From an uncultured Gemmatimonadales bacterium (lineage in GTDB: Bacteria; Gemmatimonadota; Gemmatimonadetes; Longimicrobiales; Gaopeijiaceae): DNA of 64,000 bases. How positions within the stretch are numbered: position 1 is the first letter of the stretch; every line of letters begins with the position of its first letter. Below are positions 18,481 through 28,646 of this stretch, piece by piece. Below the pieces are notes generated by a model. It searched no databases and was not told the DNA's origin. It was given only the letters and a program-made list of their open reading frames with translations. The stretch is taken from the NCBI GenBank assembly GCA_963809895.1, contig CAWELD010000003.1:2752001-2816000 (forward strand). Reading direction: 5' to 3'. A program made the translations under genes and the position numbers.

Positions 18481-19554
18481 ATGACGAGGACGACGTTGGA
18501 GAGGATGGTGACGGGCCTGCTGGGCATGGCTCTGCTCGCGGGCGCACCCCACGGCACCGTGGGCGCGCAGGCCTCGCCACCCAGGCTGGACGGCTCGTGG
18601 ACGGCGCGTTGGAAGCCGGACACCGAGCGTCCCTGGATCCAGCTGCGGGAGAGCGACACCCACCGGAGCACCATGAGCCTGCCGCAGCGGGATGTGGACC
18701 AGTTGGTCGCCAGCGCCGATCCCGACGGCAACGTGCACCTGGATCTGAGTCGGGACGCCGGGCGGCTGGCGTTGGACGGCACACTCTGGAACGGACGTGG
18801 CGAGGGGAGCTACACCTTCCAGGCCAACGCGGCGTATGCCCAGGCCATGGCCGATGCGGGCGTGCCGGTGCCGGACGCCGACGCTTATCTGGCCGCGGCC
18901 CTCCACGACGTGAGGCCGGGGTCGGTGGCGCAGCTTCGGGCTGAAGGCTTCAGCGGCCTCGACTTCGACGACGTGCTGGCGGCATCGATCTTCCAGGTGG
19001 ACAGCACCTGGGTGGACGAGTTGCGGGCGCTGGGGCTCGACGGTGACCTGGACCAGTTCATCGCCTTCCGCATCCACGGCGTCACCCCGGACTTCGTGCG
19101 CGACGCGCGCTCCTGGGGGTTGGGTGAGTTGGGCGCCGACGAGCTGATATCGTTCCGGATTCACGGCGTCACGCGGGACTTCGTTCAGGAGGCCCGTGCC
19201 CTGGGCGGCCAGAGCCTGGACGCCGACGACGTCGTCTCGTTCCGGATCCACGGCGTCACCGGCGAGTTCGCACGCGCGGTGGCCGGATGGGGATTCGGCA
19301 CGCCCGACGCCGACGAGCTGATCGCGCTCAAGATCCACCGGGTGACCCCGGAGTTCATCGACAGCATGCGCGAGGCCGGCGTACCCCCGGAGGACCTGGA
19401 GCAGGCCGTGGCCTTCCGGATCCACGGCGTCACGCCGGAGCTGGTGGACGAGCTACACGAGGCCGGGTTCGAAGGGCTCACCGGCGACGACCTGATCAAG
19501 GTGCGCATCCACGGGCTGGACCGCCTGCTCAAGAAGCGCAGCGGAGGCGGCTGA
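18481..19554 (+). CDS. Secreted protein with about 8 tandem 28-29-aa (F/L)RIHGVT helical repeats
   Basis: Signal peptide ending VGA-Q; repeats D.D.LI.FRIHGVT..FV...R..G. Confidence 0.8.
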   Translation: MTRTTLERMVTGLLGMALLAGAPHGTVGAQASPPRLDGSWTARWKPDTERPWIQLRESDTHRSTMSLPQRDVDQLVASADPDGNVHLDLSRDAGRLALDGTLWNGRGEGSYTFQANAAYAQAMADAGVPVPDADAYLAAALHDVRPGSVAQLRAEGFSGLDFDDVLAASIFQVDSTWVDELRALGLDGDLDQFIAFRIHGVTPDFVRDARSWGLGELGADELISFRIHGVTRDFVQEARALGGQSLDADDVVSFRIHGVTGEFARAVAGWGFGTPDADELIALKIHRVTPEFIDSMREAGVPPEDLEQAVAFRIHGVTPELVDELHEAGFEGLTGDDLIKVRIHGLDRLLKKRSGGG

Positions 19555-19585
19555 GCCCGCCCGGGGGCGGGAGCCGCCGGCGGGG

Positions 19586-22258
19586 CTATTCGCTGCGCAG
19601 CACCGTCACCGGGTCCACCCGCGCCGCGCGCCAGGCAGGCACCGCCGCCGCCACGACCGCGACGACCAGGAGCACCAGCGATCCCACGACGAAGGTCGCG
19701 GGATCCGAAACTCCGACGCCGTACAGAAGCGATCGGAGGGCCGGCGCGCCCACGCCCGCGAGGACGGCGCCCGACAGCACCCCGATGATGGCCAGGGTGA
19801 GCGAGTGTCCCACCACCAGACGCCCGATGCGACCCGCCTCGGCACCCAGAGCCAAGCGCACGCCCATCTCCCGCAGACGCGCGGTCACCGAGTAGGAAAT
19901 GACGCCGTAGAGCCCCACCACCGCCAGGAAGAGGGTCACGCCGGCGAAGAGCGTCAGCAACAGGGCGAGGAAGCGGTCGGGATCGAGGGCCGTCGACACC
20001 CGCTCCGCCATGGATTGGACCTGCTGGGCGGCGAGGGACGGGTCCATGTCGGCCAGGACCCGCCGGACCTCCGGCACCACGGCCAGCGGGTCCCGGCCGT
20101 CGGCCACCTTCAGCGTGAAGAAGGTGGAGCGGGTCGGCACCTGCTGGAACGGGAGGTAGACCGCGTCGCGGCGGTCCTCGCGCAAGCCGAAGTGGCGGAT
20201 ATCGCCGACCACGCCGACGATCTCCCACCAGTCGGGCTCGGCCGGATCGCCGAAGTTGAGGCGCTGGCCGATGGGGTTCTCGTCCGGGAAGTGCTGCTGC
20301 GCAAGCGTCTCGTTGACCACCAGGACCCGGGGCGTCGCTGACACGTCGGAGCGCTCGACGAAGCGCCCGCTCACGAGGCGAAGCGACATGGCGTCCAGAT
20401 AGCCGGGCGTCACCTGACGCACCCAGGCGGCGTCTTCGCGGCCCGGCTGGGGCAGCGGACGGCCCTCGATGTTGAAGGAGGCGTCGCCATCGAAACCGGC
20501 CAGCGGCAGCGCGGCCACCGTGCCGACCGACTGCACGCCGGGAAGGGCCTGCAGGCGCGGTTCCGCCTCGGCCATGAAGTTCCGCAGCGCATCGCCGTCC
20601 TCGTAGCGCGACACCGGCAGGTTCAGGAAGAAGGTCAGCACGCCCCGGGGCTGGTAGCCCAGATCCACGGTGCGCAGGTTCTGGAAGCTGCGCACCAGCA
20701 GCCCCGCGCCCACCAGCACGACCAGAGCCACCGCCACCTGGGCCGCCACCAGGGCATTGCGGACCCGCATCCCCTTGCGTCCCCCGTGCCGGTCACGGCC
20801 TCCCTCACGGAGCGTGGACTGCAGATCGGACCGGGCCGCCCGGAGAGCCGGCGCGAGCCCGAACGCGATGCCGGCCAGGACCGTCAGCAGCGCCGAGAAC
20901 AGAAGAACCGGAGCGTCCACGGTCACGCTTTCGATCCGGGGCGTGCCCTGGGGCGCCAGTGCCACCAGTCCACGGGTCCCCAAGACGCCCAGGGCGATGC
21001 CCAGGGCCCCTCCGGCCCCGGCGAGGATGAGACTCTCCACCAGGAGCTGGCCGACGATGCGCCGGCGGCCCGCGCCCACGGCGGCCCGGATGGAGAGCTC
21101 ACCCGTGCGGGACGACGCCCGGGACAGCAAGAGGTTGGCGACGTTCACGCACGCCACCAGCAGGAGGAGGCCCACGGCCCCCATGACGACCCACAGTCCC
21201 TTGCTGGCGCTCTGCACGAGATCGTCCTGAAGCGAGCGCAGGGTGAAGCCCATGTCGGTGTTGGACTCGGGGTATTGCTCCTCGAGCCGTCGGCCGAGAT
21301 CCGAAGCCTGGGCACGGGCCAGATCCAGCCCGGCATCGGGCGCGAGGCGTAGAATGCCGTGGAAGCTGAAGCCGCCACGGCGTCCGGCCTGTTGCGCCGG
21401 ATCCACCTGAAAGAGCGTCCACACCTGTGCATCGGGCACGAAGGGCGGCACGAAGTCCGGCGGCATGACCCCGATGACCTCGTAGGGCACGTCGTTCAGC
21501 AGGATGCTGGAGCCCACGGCCCCGGGATCCGCGCCCAGGGCGTCGCGCCAGAAGCCGTCGCTCACCATGGCCACGTTCGGCCCGCCCGGCGTGTCCTCCT
21601 CGGCCGTGAATCCCCTGCCCAGCGCGGGCTTCACCTTCAAGACCTGCGAGAACATGCCGTGGCTGACGCCAGCGGCCTGGATCGCCCGGGGCTCGCCCCT
21701 GCCGGTGAGCGTCGGGTTGAATCCCCCCCACGCCGCACCGGCCTCCACCGCCGGCACCTGGTCGCGCACGTCGGCAAAATTGGCCCAGGACAGCCACTCG
21801 TCCGAAGGGCCGCCTCTACGGCTGACGTCGCTCCACAGCGCGACGAGCTTCTCGGGCTGCGGATACGGCAGGGGTCGCAGAAGGATGTGGTCCACCACCG
21901 AGAAGATGGCCGTGTTGGCCCCGATCCCCAGGGCGATGGTCAACGCCACCACGCACGCGAACACCGGCGCACGGACCACCTGCCGCCACGCATATCGGGT
22001 ATCGAGCCACGCTGCGTCCAACCATTCCCGCATCCGCCCGTTCATCCGTCTCCTCCTGGTTTCGCGCTGCATGCGGGCACGAACCCGCTCCACGTCTCCG
22101 AACCGCCGTTCCGCCTCGCGCCGGGCCTCTTCGAGGGAGAGGCCCTTCGCGACCAGCGCCTGAACCTTGCGCTCGAGATGGAACCGGATCTCGTCGTCCA
22201 CCTCGGCATCCCCGTCCCGACCCGGGTCGGAGGGCAATCCACGGCCTGGCCCGCTCAT
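19586..22258 (-). CDS. Duplicated orphan ABC permease (ADOP family) with prefix domain
   Basis: EVDDEIRFHLE..EARREAERRFGD prefix, ALGIGANTAIFS, GLYGVISYSV..R.REMGVR, RVDPV.VLRSE. Confidence 0.92.
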   Translation of the reverse strand: MSGPGRGLPSDPGRDGDAEVDDEIRFHLERKVQALVAKGLSLEEARREAERRFGDVERVRARMQRETRRRRMNGRMREWLDAAWLDTRYAWRQVVRAPVFACVVALTIALGIGANTAIFSVVDHILLRPLPYPQPEKLVALWSDVSRRGGPSDEWLSWANFADVRDQVPAVEAGAAWGGFNPTLTGRGEPRAIQAAGVSHGMFSQVLKVKPALGRGFTAEEDTPGGPNVAMVSDGFWRDALGADPGAVGSSILLNDVPYEVIGVMPPDFVPPFVPDAQVWTLFQVDPAQQAGRRGGFSFHGILRLAPDAGLDLARAQASDLGRRLEEQYPESNTDMGFTLRSLQDDLVQSASKGLWVVMGAVGLLLLVACVNVANLLLSRASSRTGELSIRAAVGAGRRRIVGQLLVESLILAGAGGALGIALGVLGTRGLVALAPQGTPRIESVTVDAPVLLFSALLTVLAGIAFGLAPALRAARSDLQSTLREGGRDRHGGRKGMRVRNALVAAQVAVALVVLVGAGLLVRSFQNLRTVDLGYQPRGVLTFFLNLPVSRYEDGDALRNFMAEAEPRLQALPGVQSVGTVAALPLAGFDGDASFNIEGRPLPQPGREDAAWVRQVTPGYLDAMSLRLVSGRFVERSDVSATPRVLVVNETLAQQHFPDENPIGQRLNFGDPAEPDWWEIVGVVGDIRHFGLREDRRDAVYLPFQQVPTRSTFFTLKVADGRDPLAVVPEVRRVLADMDPSLAAQQVQSMAERVSTALDPDRFLALLLTLFAGVTLFLAVVGLYGVISYSVTARLREMGVRLALGAEAGRIGRLVVGHSLTLAIIGVLSGAVLAGVGAPALRSLLYGVGVSDPATFVVGSLVLLVVAVVAAAVPAWRAARVDPVTVLRSE

Positions 22259-22596
22259 GCCGACCCCGTGCCGGAGTCGAGGGCCAGCCCGATGGCCCGG
22301 GCGTATCGAGACCAGTCCTCGGTCTCGTTCTCCAGGCGCTCGAGGCCCGAAGCGGTGAGCCGGTAGAACTTGGCCCGGCGGTTGTTGTCCGACACGCCCC
22401 ATTGCGAGGCTATGAGACGCTTGCGCTCCAGGCGATGAAGGGCTGGATAGAGCGTGCCCTCCTCCATGAGGAGCGTGCCCTCGGTGACGGTCTCGATCCA
22501 CTCGGCCACGGCGTAGCCGTGTTTCGGATCTCCCTCGAGAGCCTTCAGGATCAACAGATCCACGGTTCCCTTCAGGAGATTCAGGCTGTCGGTCAC
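22255..22596 (-). CDS. PadR-family transcriptional regulator (acidobacterial type)
   Basis: LLKGTVDLLILKAL, EEGTLYPALHRLE, WGVSDNNRRAKFYRLT. Confidence 0.93.
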   Translation of the reverse strand: MTDSLNLLKGTVDLLILKALEGDPKHGYAVAEWIETVTEGTLLMEEGTLYPALHRLERKRLIASQWGVSDNNRRAKFYRLTASGLERLENETEDWSRYARAIGLALDSGTGSA

Positions 22597-22635
22597 GATT
22601 CGGCTCTCCGCACAGGCAGTCCTCGCTTCCCCACT

Positions 22636-22688
22636 CCCCTAGCGATACGAGGGTAGACTCTAGCGGGTTTCCCCTAGGAATACAAGGG
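22636..22688. promoter_or_regulatory. Two copies of an imperfect palindrome CCCCTAGnnATACnAGGG (putative PadR operators)
   Basis: CCCCTAGCGATACGAGGG at 22636-22653 and CCCCTAGGAATACAAGGG at 22671-22688, upstream of padR 22596. Confidence 0.55.
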
Positions 22689-22745
22689 AGGTATCCGAGC
22701 GCCGCCTCCCGCCTTCGGGGCTAGCCACCGGACTGGGACGAGCGC

Positions 22746-22795
22746 TTGACTTCCGCCAAGTCTGTAGCTATGTAGATGCCCGATAGCTATGTAGA
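22746..22795 (+). promoter_or_regulatory. Putative sigma70 promoter overlapped by a 12-bp direct repeat
   Basis: TTGACT at 22746; TAGCTATGTAGA at 22765-22776 and 22784-22795, just upstream of padR 22817. Confidence 0.55.
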
Positions 22796-22816
22796 CACCT
22801 ATACACCGAACCACTC

Positions 22817-23139
22817 ATGACGCCTGCCGCTGCCGACACCCCCGGCTACACCGCCACGCTCGTCCTGCAGGCGCTCAGCCTGGGCCATCGCTACGGGTTC
22901 GAGATCATGCGGATCACGGATCTTCCCAGCGGCACGGTCTATCCGATCTTGCGCCGGCTCGAAGGACAGGGTCTGGCCCGCTCGGCCTGGGAGGACGAAG
23001 ACGAGGCGCACAGCGACCGACGACCGGCCCGACGCTATTACCAGCTGACGCCCGAGGGAGGGGCGCACTGGAGGCGGCGAGACAGCGCGTCATGGACCAG
23101 GGCCGCCTGTTCGCGTCCGACGCCGGAGGGGCGGGCTGA
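22817..23139 (+). pseudogene. PadR-family regulator, frameshifted near 23060 (possible assembly error)
   Basis: YGFEIM..T.LPSGTVYPILRRLE, RPARRYYQLT; the natural C-terminal helix ALEAARQR...GAG* lies in another frame (TGA 23137-23139). Confidence 0.8.
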
Positions 23140-23144
23140 CCCGA

Positions 23145-25832
23145 ATGGACGCCACTGCCGCCATACCTGATGCCTGTTTCTCCGGCTGGCCGCCTACCTG
23201 GCCCCACGGCGCCACCGGTCGCGGTGGCAGCGGGAATGGGCGGCCGAGCTGGCCAACGCCGTCACCGAAGAGGGCGGCACGGTGGGCAGGAGAGCGTCGC
23301 TCCTGTTGGGCGCCATGCGCGACGCACGATCGATGCATCATCTGGACGGGCCACCGGCCCCTGGAGAGAGGAGGATGACGACGATGGGACGCACGCTGCT
23401 CCAGTCCGCGCGAAGTCTCTGGCGGGCACCGGGCTTCACGGTCATCGCGAGTCTCACGTTGGCACTGGGCATCGGCGCCAGTGCCGCCATGTTCACCGTC
23501 GTGGACCACGTCCTGCTCCGTCCCCTGCCCTATCCCGACGCCGAGCGCGTGGTCGAGCTCACCCATCCGGTCCCCGGAATGCCTGCACAGGGCCGATGGA
23601 AGCTCTCCGTGGCCGGATACTTCCATTTCGCGCAACGGGCCAGGAGCTTCGAAGAGATCGGCGCCTACTACGGGTCGGGCTTCACCCTGACCGGCGGGGA
23701 CGCAGGCCGAGCGCATGTCGGGCGCCCTGGTCACGGCTTAGCTCTTCGACGTCCTTGGCGCCAAGGCCGAGCGCGGGCGCCTCTCCTGACAGCCAATGAC
23801 GACGCACCCGGTACGCCGGCGGCAGCGGTGTTGGGCCACGCACTCTGGGAGCGCCGCTTCGGAGGTGACCCCGGCGTGGTGGGATCCGACCCTCGAGGTC
23901 GACGGGCAGGAGGTGGCGGTGGTGGGCGTCGCGCCGCCGGGGCTGGCCATCGGTGAGCTGCCCGTGGACCTGTGGATGGACTGGCAACTCGATCCCTCTG
24001 CTCGGGCGGTCAACTCGCACTACGTGGCGACCCTGGGCCGACTGGCCCCCGGCGTCAGCGTGGACGCCGCGCGGGACGAGATGGTCCGGCTCACCCGGGA
24101 GCTCCCGGAGCGGTTTCCGAATGCCTATTCGGAGAAGTTCATGAAGGACTTCGGCTTCACGGCCGACGTGCGTCGGCTGGGGGACGTCATCCTGGGAGAC
24201 TCCCGGCGCCCGCTCTGGTTGCTCCTGGGCGCGGTGGGCGTGCTCCTCCTCCTGGCCTGCGCCAATGTGGCGAACCTCTACCTGGTGCGCACCGAGAGTC
24301 GCGCCCGCGAGGTGGCGGTGCGCCGGGCCATGGGTGCGTCACGTCGCGAGCTCGCGCGTCATTTCATGGTGGAGAGTCTGCTGACCACGGCGGCCGCAGG
24401 CGCTGCGGGGCTGGCATTGGCCTATGGCGCCATCCGGGCCCTCCGCGCGCTGGCACCCGACTCGCTTCCCCGGACACAGTCGGTGGTCGTGGACGGCCGC
24501 ACGCTGCTCTTCACCCTGGGTGTGGCGCTGGTCGCGGGGCTGGTGCTGGGGCTCTTTCCTCTGATCCGTCACGGCCGGACGGCCCCGGCCGCGGCCCTGG
24601 GCGACGGCGCACGAGGTAGCTCCGGTCGCGAAGGCAACGCGCTGCGCGGGACGTTGGTGGCCGGCCAGATGGCCCTCGCGGTCGTCCTCCTCTCAGCTGC
24701 GGGCCTCATGGTGCGCAGCGCACTGGAGCTCCGAGCCGTGGATCCGGGCTTCCGGCCGGACGGCGCGGTAGCGGTGGACCTGGTGGTGCCGGCGTGGAAC
24801 TACCCCGGACAGGACGAGGTGTACGCCTTCGACCGCGATCTCCTGACCCGCCTGCGCGAGATGCCCGGGGTCGAAGCCGCGGGCCTCACCAGCGGCCTGC
24901 CCATGACCGGAGCGGTGAATTGCTACGCAGTGGCGGTGGAGGGGGGATTGCCCACCGAGGGAGAGCCCCCGTCCTGCCCACCAACCCACTTCGTCACCGA
25001 CGGCTACTTCGAGGCCATGGGAATCGAGGTCCAGGAGGGACGGACGTACGACGCTCGCGACGACGCCCTCAGGACCGGGGCGGCGGTGCTGGGACGCAAG
25101 CTCGCCGACGCCTACTGGCCCGACGGCGCCATGGGGCGCGGCATTCGCATCTACGGTGCGGAGCCTCCGTTCCACCACGTGGTGGGAATCGTGGACGACG
25201 TTCGGGAACAGGGGCTCACGCAGCCGGCACCAGGGGTCGCCTACTTCCCCCTCCGGGCCATCCAGGGCGAGTCCCAGTGGGGCCCCGTCCGCTACCAGAC
25301 ACTGGTGGTTCGGGCACCTACCCGCGGTGCAGCGGGCCTCATGGAGGATGTCCGCGGCGCGATCCACACCCTGGATGCCGACGTGCCGGTGACCGGCGCC
25401 CGCCCTCTCGGTCGGGTCGTGGCCCGCTCCATGGCTCGCACGACCTTCACCATGGTTCTCATGGCCCTGTCGGCCGGGCTGGCGCTCACATTGGGCGCGG
25501 TGGGTCTCTACGGCGTGGTGACCTACACCGTGAGCCGGCGACGCAACGAGATCGGGATCCGCATGGCGCTGGGTGCCCGCGCCGGCGGTGTGGCGACGAT
25601 GGTCCTGCGGGAGTCCCTGGGAATCACCGTCGCCGGCGCCGCGGTGGGTGTCCTGGGCGCGCTCCTCACGGGGCAGCTCCTGCGGGCGCTCCTCTTCGGC
25701 GTCGCGCCGGTGGACCCGCTCACCCTGTCGGCGGTGGTGGGGCTGCTCGTGGGGGTGGCCGCCCTGGCCTCGTTCCTGCCGGCACGCCGGGCCGCCCGCG
25801 TCGATCCCGCCGCATCGCTCAGGACGGAGTAG
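23145..25832 (+). pseudogene. ADOP-family duplicated permease disrupted in its 5' part
   Basis: Permease motifs are spread over several frames; shifts near 23170, 23705, 23785 and 23888 plus TAG at 23739; the 3' ~1.9 kb is intact (RVDPAASLRTE). Confidence 0.85.
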
Positions 25833-26874
25833 CCGGGGGCGAGCCACTCTCGCGAGCCGCGAGCCGGCGGAGCACCGCATCCATGGCGTCCTGCCGCTCG
25901 CGCTCGCCACGGAGGACGGCGGGCCATTCCGCGTCCAGGGCGTCCCAGAGTCCCTCCCAGCCCCGGAAGCCCGTGAGGCCCTCCGCCACCGCGTACGGAT
26001 CGTAGCTGGAGTCGCCGGACTCTTTCGCGACCCCGCGCGTGAAATACCCCGCGGTATAGAAGATCAGGGCGTGGTAGAGGTTGGGGTTGGCCGCGATTCC
26101 GGCCCGCTGGGCAGAAGCGGCGATGGCCTCGCGTGAGGCCCCCTGTAACGAGCGCGTGTGGGACGACTCGTGGAACACGAGCTCCATGGCCCGGAGTCCC
26201 TGGTTGCCGGGATCGGTGGACCAGACGACGGTGTGGATGGGCCCGTTGGAGGTGTAGCCACCGGCCCAGTTGGCGTAGGCCGACGCATCCACCCTCACCC
26301 GTCCGTCCGACCAGGTGCCCCCGTAGCTGCGCTCCGCCAGGCGCACCCACGCCTCTTCGTGGGCGCGGACCAGGGGCGCCGCCCCGGAGATCCAGCGCCG
26401 ATTGGCGGCGTCGTGGTCGGGCCACCAGTGCTGGAGGTAGACGGGCATGGCGGTGGCCAGCGCCTCGGCGACACCCGGGATGTCATCGGGAGGACGTGCC
26501 GAGGGGTCGCCATCGAGCCGTGTCAGGCCGGTCTTGAGCTCCAGCATGGCATCGTCGAAATGGTCCCGGGGCGCGACGTGCTCGCGGTAGAAGCTCAACG
26601 CCGCCAGCCAGGCCTCCCGATCGGCCGGGTCCAGGTCGCGCAGATCGGCTCGCTCGGGCACGTCCACCGCCTGACGCCCCCGTCCGAGCCCCTGATCGGC
26701 GCGCGACCACTGATAGAGAAAGTGGTGGAGGTTGATCCACGGGTCGCTGTGGAAGGCGAAGCGCGCGGTCTCCGCCACCAGAGAGCCCCCGGCCCTGGGC
26801 GAGTCACTCCCCGACCAGCCACCCCCAAGCACCACAGTCAGTGCCAGCATTCCCTGCATCGCACCCATCCACAT
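25819..26874 (-). CDS. Secreted putative zinc metallopeptidase (HExxH)
   Basis: Signal-like N-terminus; ELVFHESSH motif with downstream LYHAL. Confidence 0.65.
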   Translation of the reverse strand: MWMGAMQGMLALTVVLGGGWSGSDSPRAGGSLVAETARFAFHSDPWINLHHFLYQWSRADQGLGRGRQAVDVPERADLRDLDPADREAWLAALSFYREHVAPRDHFDDAMLELKTGLTRLDGDPSARPPDDIPGVAEALATAMPVYLQHWWPDHDAANRRWISGAAPLVRAHEEAWVRLAERSYGGTWSDGRVRVDASAYANWAGGYTSNGPIHTVVWSTDPGNQGLRAMELVFHESSHTRSLQGASREAIAASAQRAGIAANPNLYHALIFYTAGYFTRGVAKESGDSSYDPYAVAEGLTGFRGWEGLWDALDAEWPAVLRGERERQDAMDAVLRRLAARESGSPPATPS

Positions 26875-26928
26875 CTGCGGGCCTCCTTCAGCGTTCGTGG
26901 CCGATCCGACATCACGCTCCCAACGCTA

Positions 26929-27741
26929 TCACGCCCCACCCGCGCGCGTATTGAAGGAATCGGCGAGCCGCCGGGCCAGGAAGCGCCGCGGGGTCTCGCC
27001 CAGGAGGCCGCGGCACTCGCGGATGAGGTGGGCCTGATCGGCATAGCCCGTGCCCAGGGCCACCTCCACGCCGTTCCCGGGGGGCGCGCCCCGCAGAGCC
27101 TGCAGCGTGGTCAGCAGCCTGCGGATGCGCTGCACGGTCTTGGGAGCCAACCCGATGTCCGCCCGGGCCACCGCGCGGAGCGTGCGGGGCGACACGCCCA
27201 ACCGGCGGCACACCTCTCCCACCCTGGACCCCGGTGCCTCGGCGAGGGCCGCCATCAGCCCCCGCACCCGCCAGTCCGGTGCCGTGCCGGCGAGCCGCCG
27301 CTCCAGGAAGTCCATGAGCACGCTTCCCACCCGCACGGGATCCCCCTCGTCCTCCAGGCGGCGTGCGAGGGCGCGGCCCGAAGCTCCCAGCAGCTCCTCC
27401 AGACGGGCACCCCGGTCCGTGAGCTCGGCGGCGGGCAGCCGCACGAGCAACGGAAGGGCACCGGGGGTCAGGCGGACGCCGACGGTGAAGGCACGACTCG
27501 CCTGATCCACGTCCACGAAGCGGGAACGGGCACCCACCGCCACCAATCGGGTGCGTCCGTCGCGCATGCGATGGAGAATGACGTGAGGGTGGGCGTCGGC
27601 TACCACCCGCCAGCGCCGGCCGGCCCCTCCCCCCTGTCCACGCAGGACCCAGGCCTCCTGGACCGTCTCCGCCAGCGACGTCGGCACGGCGAGGCGTCGG
27701 AGGCGGTCCGCCGCGCGCCCTCCCTGATCGAGCGTGATCAC
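26929..27741 (-). CDS. AraC-family transcriptional regulator
   Basis: GVSPRTLR...IGLAPK and GYADQAHLIRECR.LLG.TP double HTH; GTG start overlaps the ROK stop. Confidence 0.85.
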   Translation of the reverse strand: MITLDQGGRAADRLRRLAVPTSLAETVQEAWVLRGQGGGAGRRWRVVADAHPHVILHRMRDGRTRLVAVGARSRFVDVDQASRAFTVGVRLTPGALPLLVRLPAAELTDRGARLEELLGASGRALARRLEDEGDPVRVGSVLMDFLERRLAGTAPDWRVRGLMAALAEAPGSRVGEVCRRLGVSPRTLRAVARADIGLAPKTVQRIRRLLTTLQALRGAPPGNGVEVALGTGYADQAHLIRECRGLLGETPRRFLARRLADSFNTRAGGA

Positions 27742-28646
27742 CCCTGGCCCCCGCGGGGCCACAGCCAGGCGGCGCCCCGCACGCCCGATGCGTCGCCGTG
27801 GCGGTGGCGGACCACCCGCACCGCGACCTCGTCGGAGAAGACGTACGGAGGAAGCGCCTCCTGAACGCGCTCGGGCAGCCCCGCCAGGTTGGAGACACCC
27901 CCTCCCAGCACCACCACGTCCGGATCCAGGATGTTGACCACCACGCCGAGGGCCCGGGCCAGACGGTCGACGTAACGATCCAGCGTGGCTCCTGCGCCCG
28001 GGTCGCCCACCGATGCCGCCTCGGCGATCTCGGGAGCGCTCAGGGTCCGGCCCGTGGCGCGCTCGTGATCGGCGGCCATCCCGGGGCCCGAGAGAAAGGT
28101 CTCTACACACCCGCTCCTGCCGCAGTAGCAGGGCAGGCCCGGACGCTCGTCGTCGGTGGGCGCGGGCAGGGGGTTGTGTCCCCACTCTCCCGCGATCCTG
28201 CTCGCGCCTTCCAGACAGTGGCCGTCCAGGACGATCCCGCCACCCACGCCGGTGCCCAGGATCACCCCGAAGACGCAGCCCGCACCGGCGGCCGCGCCGT
28301 CGGTGGCCTCCGACAGGGCGAAGCAGTTCGCATCGTTCGTGACCCGGACCGGCCGTTGCAGGGCGGCGGCCAGATCCTCATCGAAGGGCCGTCCGATCAT
28401 CCAGGTGGAGTTGGCGTTCTTCACCAGCCCGGTCCGCGGCGACAGGGCCCCGGGGATGCCCACACCCACCGGGCCCCGCTGGCCGGTCCGGTCCTCCAGC
28501 TCGGCCACGAGCCCGGCGATGGCCTCCAGCGTCGCCGGATAGTCGCCGCGGGGCGTGGGGATCCGCAGGCGAACCGCCTCCGCACCCGACTCCGCGAGGG
28601 CGATCCCCTCGATCTTCGTCCCACCCAGATCGATCCCGATGCGCAT
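27738..28646 (-). CDS. ROK-family sugar kinase (fructokinase/Mak-like)
   Basis: GIDLGGTK, NDANCFALSE, GTGVGGG, GEWGH, CYCG..GC.E. Confidence 0.92.
   Translation of the reverse strand: MRIGIDLGGTKIEGIALAESGAEAVRLRIPTPRGDYPATLEAIAGLVAELEDRTGQRGPVGVGIPGALSPRTGLVKNANSTWMIGRPFDEDLAAALQRPVRVTNDANCFALSEATDGAAAGAGCVFGVILGTGVGGGIVLDGHCLEGASRIAGEWGHNPLPAPTDDERPGLPCYCGRSGCVETFLSGPGMAADHERATGRTLSAPEIAEAASVGDPGAGATLDRYVDRLARALGVVVNILDPDVVVLGGGVSNLAGLPERVQEALPPYVFSDEVAVRVVRHRHGDASGVRGAAWLWPRGGQG

Noticed and set aside
19040..19520. Regularly spaced DNA repeats (TTCCGGATCCACGGCGTCAC, ~87-nt period) resembling a CRISPR array
   Set aside because: In-frame coding repeats that vary at synonymous sites; no cas genes
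23739..23741. In-frame TAG as possible stop-codon recoding or pyrrolysine
   Set aside because: Lies among several indels, and TAG is used as a normal stop elsewhere in the window
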